Positions 18,923 to 29,152 of a DNA stretch of 64,000 nt are shown one piece after another (the stretch's first letter is position 1; every line of letters begins with the position of its first letter). Position numbers and translations under genes: made by a program. The stretch is from Alistipes shahii (GTDB lineage: Bacteria; Bacillota_I; Bacilli_A; RFN20; CAG-826), in assembly GCA_963598795.1 (NCBI GenBank), contig CAVBUY010000003.1:31198-95197 (forward strand). The letters run 5' to 3'. Under the pieces are notes generated by a model, which saw only the letters and a program-made list of their open reading frames with translations, had not been told where the DNA came from and ran no database searches.

Positions 18923-21322
18923 ATGGAAATTCATGAATTAAAAGACAATTCGATTGTCATCTGCCCTCATATGGAAGCAAAAAGGCTAGTTGCCTTAAAA
19001 TCCAAAAAAGCCCCCGAACTGAATATTAAGTTCTTAAATAAGGCAGAACTTATGGAAGGGGTCTATTTCTCCTTTGGTTTAGAAGCTATTGATTACGTTT
19101 CGATAAAATATGGCTATTCTTTGGAAAACGCCAAAGAAATAATTTCCAACTCCTTCAATGTCTCCGATATATCCGAGAAAACCAAAAAGGTAGCGGAAAT
19201 TAGAAAAGATTTGGCAAACAATCATCTCCTTAAAACAAATCTTCGCTTCAAATATCTATTTAAAGATAAGGAAGTCATGGTCTTGGGATATTCCGAAGAC
19301 GATAAAGAATTAAAGCACGCCTTGGACTTGTTGGATGTTAAGGCAGACTTTATCAAAGAGAGCCAAAGCAAAGCCGAAAGGAAAGTCGTATCCTTCGAAA
19401 ATATCGATGAGGAAGTCCTTTACGTCATCGAGAGAATATGCGATCTCATCGAAACTGGCGTCGATTTGAATGATATCTTTATTTATAAGCCGGAGAAGGA
19501 ATATATTCCCTTACTAAGAAAATATTCCAATCTTTATGGTCTTCCAATCGAATTACCGAATGAAAATAAACTCATCGATTCTCCAATTTATGAGAAATTC
19601 GTTTCCCTTTTAAACGAACTTGACGTAAAAGACGCTTACGATTTATTAGCCAATAGCGGGGAAAGGGACGATAACGGGGCATTGGAGGCCTTAGCTTCCA
19701 TCATCAATCGCTGCGCCTTTTCCATTTCCGACAAAACCCATTTCATCAAACTCCTCAATTATTCCGCCAAAGGGACTAACCTCCGTCAAATTACTTACGA
19801 TCATTCGATAAAGATATGCGATTCTTCTTTCCACTCGGAAGGAAACGAGCACATCTTCGTCTTCAATTTCTCTTTGGGTTCTTTCCCACACGTTTTCTTA
19901 GACAATGATTTCTATTCGGACAAAGAAAAAGAAACCCTTTATATGAATGATTCGAAAATCAAATCCAAAATAGAAAAAGAGGCCCTTATTTCTTTCTTGA
20001 ATTCGAACGCTGACATTCATCTAACCCGCAAAAAGAAACTCGGAAATACAGTTTATTTCGAATCCCTGCTAGTCAAAGAACTCGGCTATGGCAAAGAAAT
20101 CAAAGGCACGCTTCCATCTAGTTTCCATTCTACAAAGGCCGCCGAAATTTTAGTCTCCAAAGCCAAAGATGAGCTCCGCTTATATAACAAAGATTCCGAA
20201 TATGTGGATACTTTCGATAATAAGGAAATCGGCTATAGGTCTTATAGCCACGCTTTCAAAAAGATAAGCTCATATAAGGCAAAAAAGGAATTGGAGTTGT
20301 CTTATACCTCCATAAACGAATTCAACAAATGCCCCTTCGAATATTATTTGAAAAGGGTTTTGAAGCTAAACACCTTCGAATCCAATTTCTTCAGCAACAT
20401 CGGCGTTTTGTTCCATAAGGTTTTGGAAGATTCTGAAAAAGGGAACAAAGAAGTGAATTTATCGGATTATGACGAATTCATAAAAGAGAATTTCATAACA
20501 GAGAAAGACAAATTCTTCGTCTCCATCCTTCTTCCCAAAGCCTTGGAAGTCATAAAAAAGAACGAAGAATTCGAGAAGCAAAGCAAATTCAACCGCGCGG
20601 AAACGGAAAAAAGCTATAAAGTCGAATTGGAACCTAATGTCAAATTGACCGGTAAGATAGACAAAGTCTTATATGACGACGAAGGAAAGAACCTCATGGT
20701 CGTGGATTATAAGACCTCCGCCCTCAAATACAACGATTCGGACGCCAGCCATGGTATTGACATGCAATTGCCGCTTTATGGATATCTTTTGAAAGAAAAC
20801 GTCCCCGAATATAGAACGGTGGGCCTTTATATCCAAAATGTCTTGTTCGACCCATTGGAAAACGTCCAGAACGACAAGGACTCGATTCCCTATATCTTAA
20901 ATGGCATCACCCTATCGGACGTGGATATCGCCAAGCGAATCGACACTAAAGTCGGCAACGAAAAAGACGAAGAAGGAAACTTGATCAACGACTCCCAATT
21001 CGTGAGGAACATATCGATAACAAGCACGGGGAAATTGAGTACGCGCGGCGCAACCGTCATGGATTCCGGGAAATTGGCCAATAGGATCGATTTGACCGAA
21101 ACATTGATAAAAATAACCCTAAACGAGATAAAATCCGGCAATTTCGACATAAGGCCCTTAAGCGACAACGACAATGATTCCCCTTGCTCCTTCTGCGGTT
21201 GCAAAGACATTTGCTTCAAAAAGGGTCAAGATTCGATATCAAGCAAAGAATACAAAGCCAGAATCGATCAGATTTTGGAAGAAATGAAAGAAAAGGGAGA
21301 AGAGGAAGATGGATCTAACTAA
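18923..21322 (+). CDS. addB: helicase-nuclease complex subunit B (AddB/RexB-type), compact form with Fe-S staple
   Basis: RecB-like nuclease VVDYKTS. Cys pattern CPFEYY ... CSFCGCKDIC (C...CxxCxxxxxC as in AddB). Overlaps addA. Confidence 0.78.
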   Translation: MEIHELKDNSIVICPHMEAKRLVALKSKKAPELNIKFLNKAELMEGVYFSFGLEAIDYVSIKYGYSLENAKEIISNSFNVSDISEKTKKVAEIRKDLANNHLLKTNLRFKYLFKDKEVMVLGYSEDDKELKHALDLLDVKADFIKESQSKAERKVVSFENIDEEVLYVIERICDLIETGVDLNDIFIYKPEKEYIPLLRKYSNLYGLPIELPNENKLIDSPIYEKFVSLLNELDVKDAYDLLANSGERDDNGALEALASIINRCAFSISDKTHFIKLLNYSAKGTNLRQITYDHSIKICDSSFHSEGNEHIFVFNFSLGSFPHVFLDNDFYSDKEKETLYMNDSKIKSKIEKEALISFLNSNADIHLTRKKKLGNTVYFESLLVKELGYGKEIKGTLPSSFHSTKAAEILVSKAKDELRLYNKDSEYVDTFDNKEIGYRSYSHAFKKISSYKAKKELELSYTSINEFNKCPFEYYLKRVLKLNTFESNFFSNIGVLFHKVLEDSEKGNKEVNLSDYDEFIKENFITEKDKFFVSILLPKALEVIKKNEEFEKQSKFNRAETEKSYKVELEPNVKLTGKIDKVLYDDEGKNLMVVDYKTSALKYNDSDASHGIDMQLPLYGYLLKENVPEYRTVGLYIQNVLFDPLENVQNDKDSIPYILNGITLSDVDIAKRIDTKVGNEKDEEGNLINDSQFVRNISITSTGKLSTRGATVMDSGKLANRIDLTETLIKITLNEIKSGNFDIRPLSDNDNDSPCSFCGCKDICFKKGQDSISSKEYKARIDQILEEMKEKGEEEDGSN

Positions 21323-24300
21323 TTTCACTTTAGACCAAAGGAAGGCTATCGTTTCCGAAGGCTCCAATATTTTAGTTTCGGCCGGAGCGGGTTCTGGAAA
21401 GACCCAGGTTTTAACCGCCCGCGTGGTCTATTTCGTTAGCGAAAAGCATTATTCTTTAGACCAATTCCTCATCCTCACCTTCACCAAATTGGCCGCCGGG
21501 GAAATGAAGGAACGAATTAGGAAAAAACTAACCGAAGAAGGACTGTTAGACGCCGCAAACCAAGTCGATTCCGCCAATATCTGCACCTTTGATAGCTACG
21601 CTTTGAACTTGGTGAAAAGATATCATTTCATCCTTAATGTATCCCCGAATGTTTCGATAATAGACAAAACCATAATAGACGTTAAAAAGAGAGACATAAT
21701 CGAAGACATTTTCGAACGTTTATATAAAGAGAGAGACGAAGAATTCTGTCAGATGATCGAGCATTTCTGTTTAAAGGACGATAAAGACATCCGCGAATTG
21801 ATCTTAAAGGTATATGACGTGGCTTTATTGGAAACCAAGACCAATGAGTATCTAGATAATTTCGAAGAGATCTATTATTCGGAGGGCAAATTGGAAAAAA
21901 TAACGGATCTCCTGCTTAAAAAGATGGATAAGTTAAGGATTGAACTAAAAGAATCGATAGAGAACATCCCGCCCGAAATACCGACTAAGGACAAACTAGA
22001 CAAAGCCAACCATTACGCCGCGGAGATATATAAGTTCTTATTCAAAGCCAAAACGTATGATGAAATGATTTCAGCTTTCAATAACATCGACCCCGATGAT
22101 CATTCTAACTTTCAAGGGTCGAACAAAGATTGGAGCGAGCAAACCAAAGAGAAAGTCGACTCATTCAAAAAAGCCCAAGACTCATTATGCAAATTCTTCA
22201 AATCCCTCCCGATAAATAAGGTAGAGGTATTCAAGGAATTGTCTGATACCAAGCCATATTTCAAAACTATAATCCGCATCGTCAAAGAATTGGACGAAAG
22301 GCTTATTTCATTTAAAAACGAAAAAGGCGTCTACGAATTTTCCGACATCGCCAAGATGGCTTCCAAATTGGTGGAAGAGAACGAAAAAGTCCGCGAAGAA
22401 ATTAAATCGTCGTTAAAGATGATAATGATCGACGAATATCAAGACACCTCCTCTTTGCAAGACGACTTCATCAAGCAAATCGCCGATCATAACGTCTATA
22501 TGGTCGGGGACGTCAAGCAATCCATATACCGTTTTAGGAACGCTGATGTTTCGATATTCATGAAGAAATACTCCGATTATAAAAAGAACGGGACCGGACA
22601 AGTAATCGACATGAACAAAAACTTTCGTTCCAGAAGGGAAGTCCTTGACGATATCAACTACATTTTCGAGCAATTGATGAGCAAAGATCACGGTGGGGCA
22701 AACTATCGCGATGAGCATATGATTCAATTCGGAAACGACAAATATCTAAAAGCGGGCAACAAAGGAAGCGATAGCCATATGCGCCGCTTGCTTTATGAAG
22801 ATAATGGAGACTCTAAAACCATAGAAGCGAGAACCATAGCCTTAGATATCATCGAAAAGATTAATTCCGGATACAAAGTCATGGAAATAAAGAAAGAGAA
22901 AGATGAAAACGGAAAGGAAATAGAGACTCCGTCCCTCCGCCCCGTCAGTTTCTCCGATTTCTGCATTCTCATGGATAGAGGAGGGGCTTTCGATGACTAC
23001 CAAAGGGTTTTCAATGAGATGAGGCTCCCCATTTACGTCGAGAACGACAAAGACATTTCCTCTGACGACATCGTTTTGGTTCTAACCAATCTTTTAAGGA
23101 TGGTCGATTTTGTCTTGAGGGAAGGATTCGATTATAAGGACGCGCATTTTAAAAAAGCCTGGCTTTCCTTGGCCCGTTCCTTTGTTTTCGCCTATTCCGA
23201 CGAAAAGATATACGAAATCTTCAAAAAAGGCGATTTGGCTCACGAAAGCATCACCGGAAAGATCAGGGAAATCGTTTTGAATAATTTCAACTCCGTCCCT
23301 TACGAATTGCTCGAAAAGCTCATATTCGAATTGGATATCTACTCTAGATGCATCGCTTTGGGAGAGGTAGAAGCCAATCACAAATACCTCGATTATTTCT
23401 TGGAAATGTTCAAAAACATGTCGGACTTAGGCTATGGGATTTCAGATTTTATATCCTTTATGGAGAACGTAAACGATTTGGATTTGGGACTCAAGCTGTC
23501 CAGTACCGGAACTTCCTTAGATTCGGTTCGCATCATGAACATCCATAAATCCAAAGGTTTGGAATTCAACATCGTCTATCTTTCCGGCTTATACAAATCC
23601 TTCAACAAAACGGATAACAACAAGAGATATTCGTTGTCCAAGGAATTCGGGCTCATCGTCCCCAAAGGCCCGCATAAAGCCAATATCGTCAAAATCGTCA
23701 ATAACGACTACGAATCCAAAGAAGACGCTTCCGAGAAAATAAGGCAACTTTACGTAGCCTTAACCCGCACCAGAGAGCAATTGATCGTTTTGGAAAAAAA
23801 GGAAGAAGGCTTAAACGTCGACGAAAAGGAGATTGAAAGCAAGAAGAATTTCATCAAAGTCAATTACATAAATTACGCAAACGGGGCATTGGATTACAAC
23901 TCGTTCCTTTCTTTGTTAGACAAAGAAGGCTTTGAGCCTACCTTCCAATTCCTTATGATGAATGAAGAAGAAAGAAAGAAGATAGCCATTGAAGAATCGA
24001 TAGAATATTTCGTCGAAAAAGCGGACTTAATAGAAGACGTTTCCAAACCAGATAGCTTCCATTTGATGCTTTCCGCGGTCAAAGACAGCTTCAAATTCGT
24101 CTCTCAAGAGCTTCCGGAAATTGATGAAACCCCGATTATAAAAAACCTCCCTCCGAAAAAAGAACATATGCCTTTGGAAATCAAACCCCTGTCGCTTGAA
24201 TATAGAGCCGAGGAGACAAAAAGGGCTTCCAAAAAATTGAATTTGGACGCCAACCGAGATTCTTTGTCTTTCGGGACCGATTTGCATTTCTTAATGGAAA

Positions 24301-24641
24301 CCACGGATTTTATAAATCCCGATTTCTCTCTAATGAGTCATTACGAAAGAAAGATCGTCGAACGTTTCTTATCCAATCCGTTTATGTCTTTAGTCAAAGA
24401 CGGGAAAATATATAAGGAATACCAATACGAAGATGAGGAAAATAACGTCAAAGGGACCATAGACCTTATGATCGTATATAAAGACCATATCGACGTCATC
24501 GACTATAAGACCAAAAGCATCGACGATATGTCCTACGATAAGCAAATAGGGGCCTATATGGATTACGTTCAGAAAACGTTCAAGAAGAAAACCAACGGCT
24601 ATCTCTATTCCTTGCTTACGGGAGAATGCAAAACGTATTGA
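21309..24641 (+). CDS. addA: helicase-nuclease complex subunit A (AddA/RexA; UvrD-like helicase plus RecB nuclease)
   Basis: Walker A SAGAGSGKTQVL, DEYQDTS, VGDVKQSIYRFR, and C-terminal nuclease IDVIDYKTK. Confidence 0.88.
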   Translation: MDLTNFTLDQRKAIVSEGSNILVSAGAGSGKTQVLTARVVYFVSEKHYSLDQFLILTFTKLAAGEMKERIRKKLTEEGLLDAANQVDSANICTFDSYALNLVKRYHFILNVSPNVSIIDKTIIDVKKRDIIEDIFERLYKERDEEFCQMIEHFCLKDDKDIRELILKVYDVALLETKTNEYLDNFEEIYYSEGKLEKITDLLLKKMDKLRIELKESIENIPPEIPTKDKLDKANHYAAEIYKFLFKAKTYDEMISAFNNIDPDDHSNFQGSNKDWSEQTKEKVDSFKKAQDSLCKFFKSLPINKVEVFKELSDTKPYFKTIIRIVKELDERLISFKNEKGVYEFSDIAKMASKLVEENEKVREEIKSSLKMIMIDEYQDTSSLQDDFIKQIADHNVYMVGDVKQSIYRFRNADVSIFMKKYSDYKKNGTGQVIDMNKNFRSRREVLDDINYIFEQLMSKDHGGANYRDEHMIQFGNDKYLKAGNKGSDSHMRRLLYEDNGDSKTIEARTIALDIIEKINSGYKVMEIKKEKDENGKEIETPSLRPVSFSDFCILMDRGGAFDDYQRVFNEMRLPIYVENDKDISSDDIVLVLTNLLRMVDFVLREGFDYKDAHFKKAWLSLARSFVFAYSDEKIYEIFKKGDLAHESITGKIREIVLNNFNSVPYELLEKLIFELDIYSRCIALGEVEANHKYLDYFLEMFKNMSDLGYGISDFISFMENVNDLDLGLKLSSTGTSLDSVRIMNIHKSKGLEFNIVYLSGLYKSFNKTDNNKRYSLSKEFGLIVPKGPHKANIVKIVNNDYESKEDASEKIRQLYVALTRTREQLIVLEKKEEGLNVDEKEIESKKNFIKVNYINYANGALDYNSFLSLLDKEGFEPTFQFLMMNEEERKKIAIEESIEYFVEKADLIEDVSKPDSFHLMLSAVKDSFKFVSQELPEIDETPIIKNLPPKKEHMPLEIKPLSLEYRAEETKRASKKLNLDANRDSLSFGTDLHFLMETTDFINPDFSLMSHYERKIVERFLSNPFMSLVKDGKIYKEYQYEDEENNVKGTIDLMIVYKDHIDVIDYKTKSIDDMSYDKQIGAYMDYVQKTFKKKTNGYLYSLLTGECKTY

Positions 24642-24723
24642 TGCCTTATATTAAAGGCAAGGCGTTAATTGCTTTGAAAAGAATGATTTCTTTTAAAAGA
24701 AACTATTCGCTATAATCTTTGCT

Positions 24724-26535
24724 ATGAAAGTCGACCGCTCGCTTATAAGAAATTTCTCCGTAATCGCCCACATAGACCATGGGAAATCGACGCTTTGCGA
24801 CCGCATTTTGGAATTGACGGGCGCCGTATCCCAAAGGGAATTGAAAGAGCAGATGCTAGATTCCATGGATCTAGAAAGGGAACGCGGGATAACGATAAAA
24901 CTTAACGCCGTCACGGTTACCTACAAAGCAAAAGACGGGAAAACCTATATCTTCAATTTGATAGACACTCCGGGACACGTGGACTTCACCTATGAGGTAT
25001 CGCGTTCTTTGGCCGCCTGCGAAGGGGCCCTTTTGGTGGTGGACGCCACCCAAGGCGTGCAAGCTCAGACCTTGGCTAACGTCTATCTGGCAATTGACAA
25101 TGACCTTATGATAATCCCAGTTATAAACAAAGTGGATCTCCCTTCCTCAAACGTCTCGGGGGTAAAAAAGGAAATCGAAGAAAGGATAGGGTTATCCTCC
25201 TTGGATTCCATCGAAGTATCGGCCAAAACCGGACTCGGAGTCCCTGAGGTACTGGAGAAAATCGTCGAATTGATCCCTCCTCCAAGTGGGGATGAAAAGG
25301 CTCCATTGCAAGCTTTAATATTCGATAGCTATTACGATTCCTATCGCGGGGTCGTGGCTCTAATAAGGGTTAAAAACGGAACGGTAAAACCCGGGGATAA
25401 GATCCTTTTGATGCAGGCAAACAAAGAATACGAAGTGACGGAAGTGGGCATCCGCACCCCCAAAGAAACCCCGGTTACCGAGCTTTCCGCCGGAGACGTC
25501 GGATATATATGCGCCACGATGAAGGACATAAAAGACGTCTTCCCCGGCGAAACCGTGACCCTTTCATTAAATCCCGCCAAAGAGCCACTTCCGGGATATA
25601 GGAAGATAAACCCGATGGTCTATTGCGGCATCTACCCCGTCGATTCCAAACGTTACGAGGATCTAAAAGACGCCTTGGGCAAGCTGACTTTAAACGACTC
25701 TTCCCTTACCTATGAGCCGGAAAGCTCCCAAGCTTTGGGCTTTGGCTTCCGCGTCGGCTTCCTTGGCTTATTGCATATAGACGTCATCCAAGAGAGATTG
25801 GAAAGAGAATACAACATGGACATCATATTGACCGCCCCATCGGTCCAATATGAGATAGTTTTGACGGATGGGACGTCATTTATGCTTGATAACCCCTCCG
25901 ATTTGCCGGAAATGACGAAAGTCAAATGCATCAAGGAACCTTTCGTGGACGCGGAGATAATGTCCCCCAAAGAATATGTCGGGCCCATCATGCAATTGTG
26001 CCAATCCCGCCGCGGGGTTTATAAGGACATGATCTATTTCGATGACACGAGGGTTATCTTAAAATACGAATTGCCCCTTTCCGAAGTGATATACAATTTC
26101 TTCGACACATTGAAGTCCGCCACCAAGGGATACGCTTCCTTGGATTATGAGATTTTGGAATATAGGGAAGCCCCCTTATCCAAGATGGACATTCTTTTGA
26201 ATGGCGAACCGGTGGACGCTTTGTCATGCATTGTCTATAAACCCGGGGCCTACGATAGGGGCCTCCGCTTGGTTTCCAGATTGAAAAACATCATCCCGAA
26301 ACAGCAATTCGCCGTGCCTATACAGGCTGCAATAAATGGCAAAGTCATAGCCAGAGCCGACATCAAAGCCGTTAGAAAAGACGTCTTGGCCAAGTGCTAT
26401 GGCGGAGACATATCCCGCAAAAAGAAATTGTTGGAAAAGCAAAAAGAAGGCAAAAAGAGGATGAAGGCGGTGGGATCGGTGGAAATCCCCCAGGAAGCCT
26501 TCATGTCCGTCTTATCCATCAACGACGAAGAGTAA
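24724..26535 (+). CDS. lepA: translation elongation factor 4
   Basis: [30 protein letters not shown] GTPase motifs, and the LepA C-terminal domain ([19 protein letters not shown]). Confidence 0.95.
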   Translation: MKVDRSLIRNFSVIAHIDHGKSTLCDRILELTGAVSQRELKEQMLDSMDLERERGITIKLNAVTVTYKAKDGKTYIFNLIDTPGHVDFTYEVSRSLAACEGALLVVDATQGVQAQTLANVYLAIDNDLMIIPVINKVDLPSSNVSGVKKEIEERIGLSSLDSIEVSAKTGLGVPEVLEKIVELIPPPSGDEKAPLQALIFDSYYDSYRGVVALIRVKNGTVKPGDKILLMQANKEYEVTEVGIRTPKETPVTELSAGDVGYICATMKDIKDVFPGETVTLSLNPAKEPLPGYRKINPMVYCGIYPVDSKRYEDLKDALGKLTLNDSSLTYEPESSQALGFGFRVGFLGLLHIDVIQERLEREYNMDIILTAPSVQYEIVLTDGTSFMLDNPSDLPEMTKVKCIKEPFVDAEIMSPKEYVGPIMQLCQSRRGVYKDMIYFDDTRVILKYELPLSEVIYNFFDTLKSATKGYASLDYEILEYREAPLSKMDILLNGEPVDALSCIVYKPGAYDRGLRLVSRLKNIIPKQQFAVPIQAAINGKVIARADIKAVRKDVLAKCYGGDISRKKKLLEKQKEGKKRMKAVGSVEIPQEAFMSVLSINDEE

Positions 26536-26613
26536 TTCTTTCTATATGTCGATTGATAAACTCTTTAAGTCAAAAGGTTTTCGCGTAGTTTGAAAGTCGC
26601 TTGTTTTTGATGC

Positions 26614-27993
26614 CTACTTATACAAATCTTCGAGCGTAATGAAAATATACGGGTATTCTTTTTCGATCTTGAATCCGTTTTTGGAAATAAACCCGTATTG
26701 AGTGGGCGTTAAGGTAGTTTTTCTCACCTGTTCCAATTCTTCTTTTATCGTTTCGTCGGTTACTGGCTCATTGGTGAATTTGCACTCGAAGAAGACGTAT
26801 CCGTTTTGGTTTCTTCCGACGATATCGAATTGGCCGTTTTTCTTCTCTTTTGGGTTATCGTACCAATATGTGCCAATATTTAGAAGCGGCGGGTTTATAT
26901 GGCCAATCTTATTTTCTTTTATTAAGTATTGCTTGCCTATGGTTTCGAAGACCGCGGGAACCGTCTTTGATTCGAAGTCGCTTTTGATGAAGAAATCATA
27001 GAAATCCGTGTCATTCAAAACGCTGTGGGCGGACTCGTTGCGGTAAATGTAGTTGTAATAGAAACTGACGCAGAAGTCGGAAATGCGATATCCGGCTTTT
27101 TGTTTGTTCTTCGCATCGTTTATGGGATAAACATAATCGATGAGATCCATAGATATAAGCTTTTGGAGGATAGCAGACAACGCCGCTGATGACCCAATAT
27201 GCGATTCGGAGAGAATGTCGTTGAAGTGGAAGGCTCCATAGGCAATGGACTCGAATACGGCGTTTGCATTGTTTATTTTGCGCAATTCGCTTTTTAGATA
27301 GATTTCCAAAAAGTCTTTCAATCCCGAAAATTGACCGCTCAAGATATTGATGATATTGTCTTTGACTGAAAGGCTGTCATCGATTTGCGCGTTGTAAAAC
27401 GGCACGCCTCCAAAGGCGGCATATAGTTTTACCTTATCTTCATTATTGAATGATGGGTAGAATTTCGACGCGTCATAATAATCCATCTGCTTCAGCAACA
27501 TGGAATTGGCGAATCTCATATACAAAGGGCTGTCTTGGTTTTGGATCTCTTCCATCGTTGAAACTGAACTGCCCAAAAGGAAAAATTTCAAATTGGTTTT
27601 CATCGCGTACTTGTCGATTACCTCTTGAAGCTTGGAATCGCATCCGTCGATTAAGCCTCGGATATACGGGTATTCATCGATGACGAAATATAGGCTTTTG
27701 TCTGAAGCGTAATCGAAGATGAAATCAATCGCCTCCAAGAAATGGTCAAAATGGAGATATTTGATGTTTAATTCGCGTTTTATTAATTCGGTGATGAGAT
27801 TTGTATTGTCTTTTTCGGAGGACTCTTTGCATTGATAAATAATGAAAGGCACGCCCTTATTCATTAAACAATGCTTTACAAGCTCAGTCTTCCCCATGCG
27901 TCTTCTACCATAGATCAAACAGCCTTGGTAACCTTTCTTTTTTAAGATGCCGTCTATGGCTTTTTGTTCAAACTCTCTGCCAATGAAATTCAT
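26614..27993 (-). CDS. AAA ATPase of the archaeal-ATPase/DUF234 type
   Basis: Walker A YGRRRMGKTELV, Walker B FVIDEYPY. The C-terminal part has a short nuclease-like/DUF234 pattern (GQFDIVG...FFECKF). Confidence 0.7.
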   Translation of the reverse strand: MNFIGREFEQKAIDGILKKKGYQGCLIYGRRRMGKTELVKHCLMNKGVPFIIYQCKESSEKDNTNLITELIKRELNIKYLHFDHFLEAIDFIFDYASDKSLYFVIDEYPYIRGLIDGCDSKLQEVIDKYAMKTNLKFFLLGSSVSTMEEIQNQDSPLYMRFANSMLLKQMDYYDASKFYPSFNNEDKVKLYAAFGGVPFYNAQIDDSLSVKDNIINILSGQFSGLKDFLEIYLKSELRKINNANAVFESIAYGAFHFNDILSESHIGSSAALSAILQKLISMDLIDYVYPINDAKNKQKAGYRISDFCVSFYYNYIYRNESAHSVLNDTDFYDFFIKSDFESKTVPAVFETIGKQYLIKENKIGHINPPLLNIGTYWYDNPKEKKNGQFDIVGRNQNGYVFFECKFTNEPVTDETIKEELEQVRKTTLTPTQYGFISKNGFKIEKEYPYIFITLEDLYK

Positions 27994-28444
27994 ATGAACC
28001 CTCCTAAAACTTAGTCATTTATGATTTAGTCAATTATGAATTACTAAAATATTAAGGCAGTAGAAGATGGAAGTCAATTCAATATATAGTCGTGGGAATA
28101 CGCACTAAGCGAAACAAGACTGGCGATTGTTTTGAAACAAAAGCACAAGCCGTACAAGGCAAGAGAAAATTGTTAAATCAGTAATTGCCAACTACGAGAC
28201 GCTTCTTTAGTCATGTAAAAACAAAAAAGGAAAAGGCCTTTGCTTCAGGCAATGGAGATTTAGCAAAAAGCTTTATTGGATGCGGCTTCAGATTGATATA
28301 TCAAATCCTAAAAAAGTCCATGTATCAACGAAATCTGCGAAGGTAAAAAAAGCGGTTATGTTGGATTTCGCGGCCGCACTGTGGTTAGCGCGTAATTTAA
28401 CTCCGAAAAAGGCAACCACTAAAATCTGGTTTCTTGCGCCTTGA

Positions 28445-28460
28445 CTCTCTCTCTCTCTCT
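28445..28460. repeat. (CT)8 dinucleotide microsatellite
   Basis: ctctctctctctctct read directly. It sits between TTGACT (28441-28446) and TAGAAT (28460-28465). Confidence 0.95.
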
Positions 28461-28493
28461 AGAATGGATTCGTAAAATATTGAAGGCAAAACT

Positions 28494-29072
28494 GTGGCTG
28501 AGAATTTTAGCAAACAAGAAAACTACAAGGGTCTAATTAAAAGATATGACCAAGCCTTTAAACGTGGGTTTTATTTGGAGACGGTGGCAATAACTTATGC
28601 GTTAATAGAAGATAGATTGACATCTGCTTTGAACAAATTGGAGATTGTATCTGTCGATATCGAAGGCAAGCCAAGGCTCAAAAGCGTAATTAGCAAATTT
28701 TCGGAGGAAATAGTTGGTAAACGCTACAAAAAAGTCGTTTTGAGAAAAATTACTGACAAATTCTTATTTTTAAAGAGTTGTTTGGAATTTTGCAAAAACG
28801 AAAAATCTCAAATCTTAGAGAAAATACCCGATAAGGCTTTTTTTGAAATTTATAGCAAATGCAAGCGTATAAACGTTGAAAAACATTTCTTTGAAGATTT
28901 CGAGGAATGGAAGAACGAAAGAAATAAATTGGTTCATGATTTGTCGAATTTTAAATCTTCTATTGAAATGAAAGAAACGGCGAAGAGATGCTCCAAAATG
29001 GGCTACAGCCTATTTAGGATATTGGATAATGAAATTTGCCGTAAATTCAGGAAGGGTGGAACAATAAAATAG
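28494..29072 (+). CDS. hypothetical 192-aa alpha-helical protein with HEPN-like RxxxxH motif
   Basis: GTG start with GAAGG 7 nt upstream. ERNKLVHD (R-x4-H) near the C-terminus and a YALIEDRL helix near the N-terminus. Confidence 0.5.
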   Translation: MAENFSKQENYKGLIKRYDQAFKRGFYLETVAITYALIEDRLTSALNKLEIVSVDIEGKPRLKSVISKFSEEIVGKRYKKVVLRKITDKFLFLKSCLEFCKNEKSQILEKIPDKAFFEIYSKCKRINVEKHFFEDFEEWKNERNKLVHDLSNFKSSIEMKETAKRCSKMGYSLFRILDNEICRKFRKGGTIK

Positions 29073-29152
29073 GCGTGTTATACGGGTGATATTAATGTCG
29101 ATGCAGTCGTTAATAAAGGCTACACATTCTGAGAATATAGGGAGTTGCAACA

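Noticed and set aside
28020-28440. Possible integrase/Arm-domain remnant or ncRNA in the 500-bp gap between the ATPase and the HEPN-like gene (for example …GIRTKRNKTGDCFETKAQAVQGKRKLL-stop)
   Set aside because: Only short stop-interrupted frames are present, with vague similarity and no convincing RNA structure. It cannot be supported without a database search.
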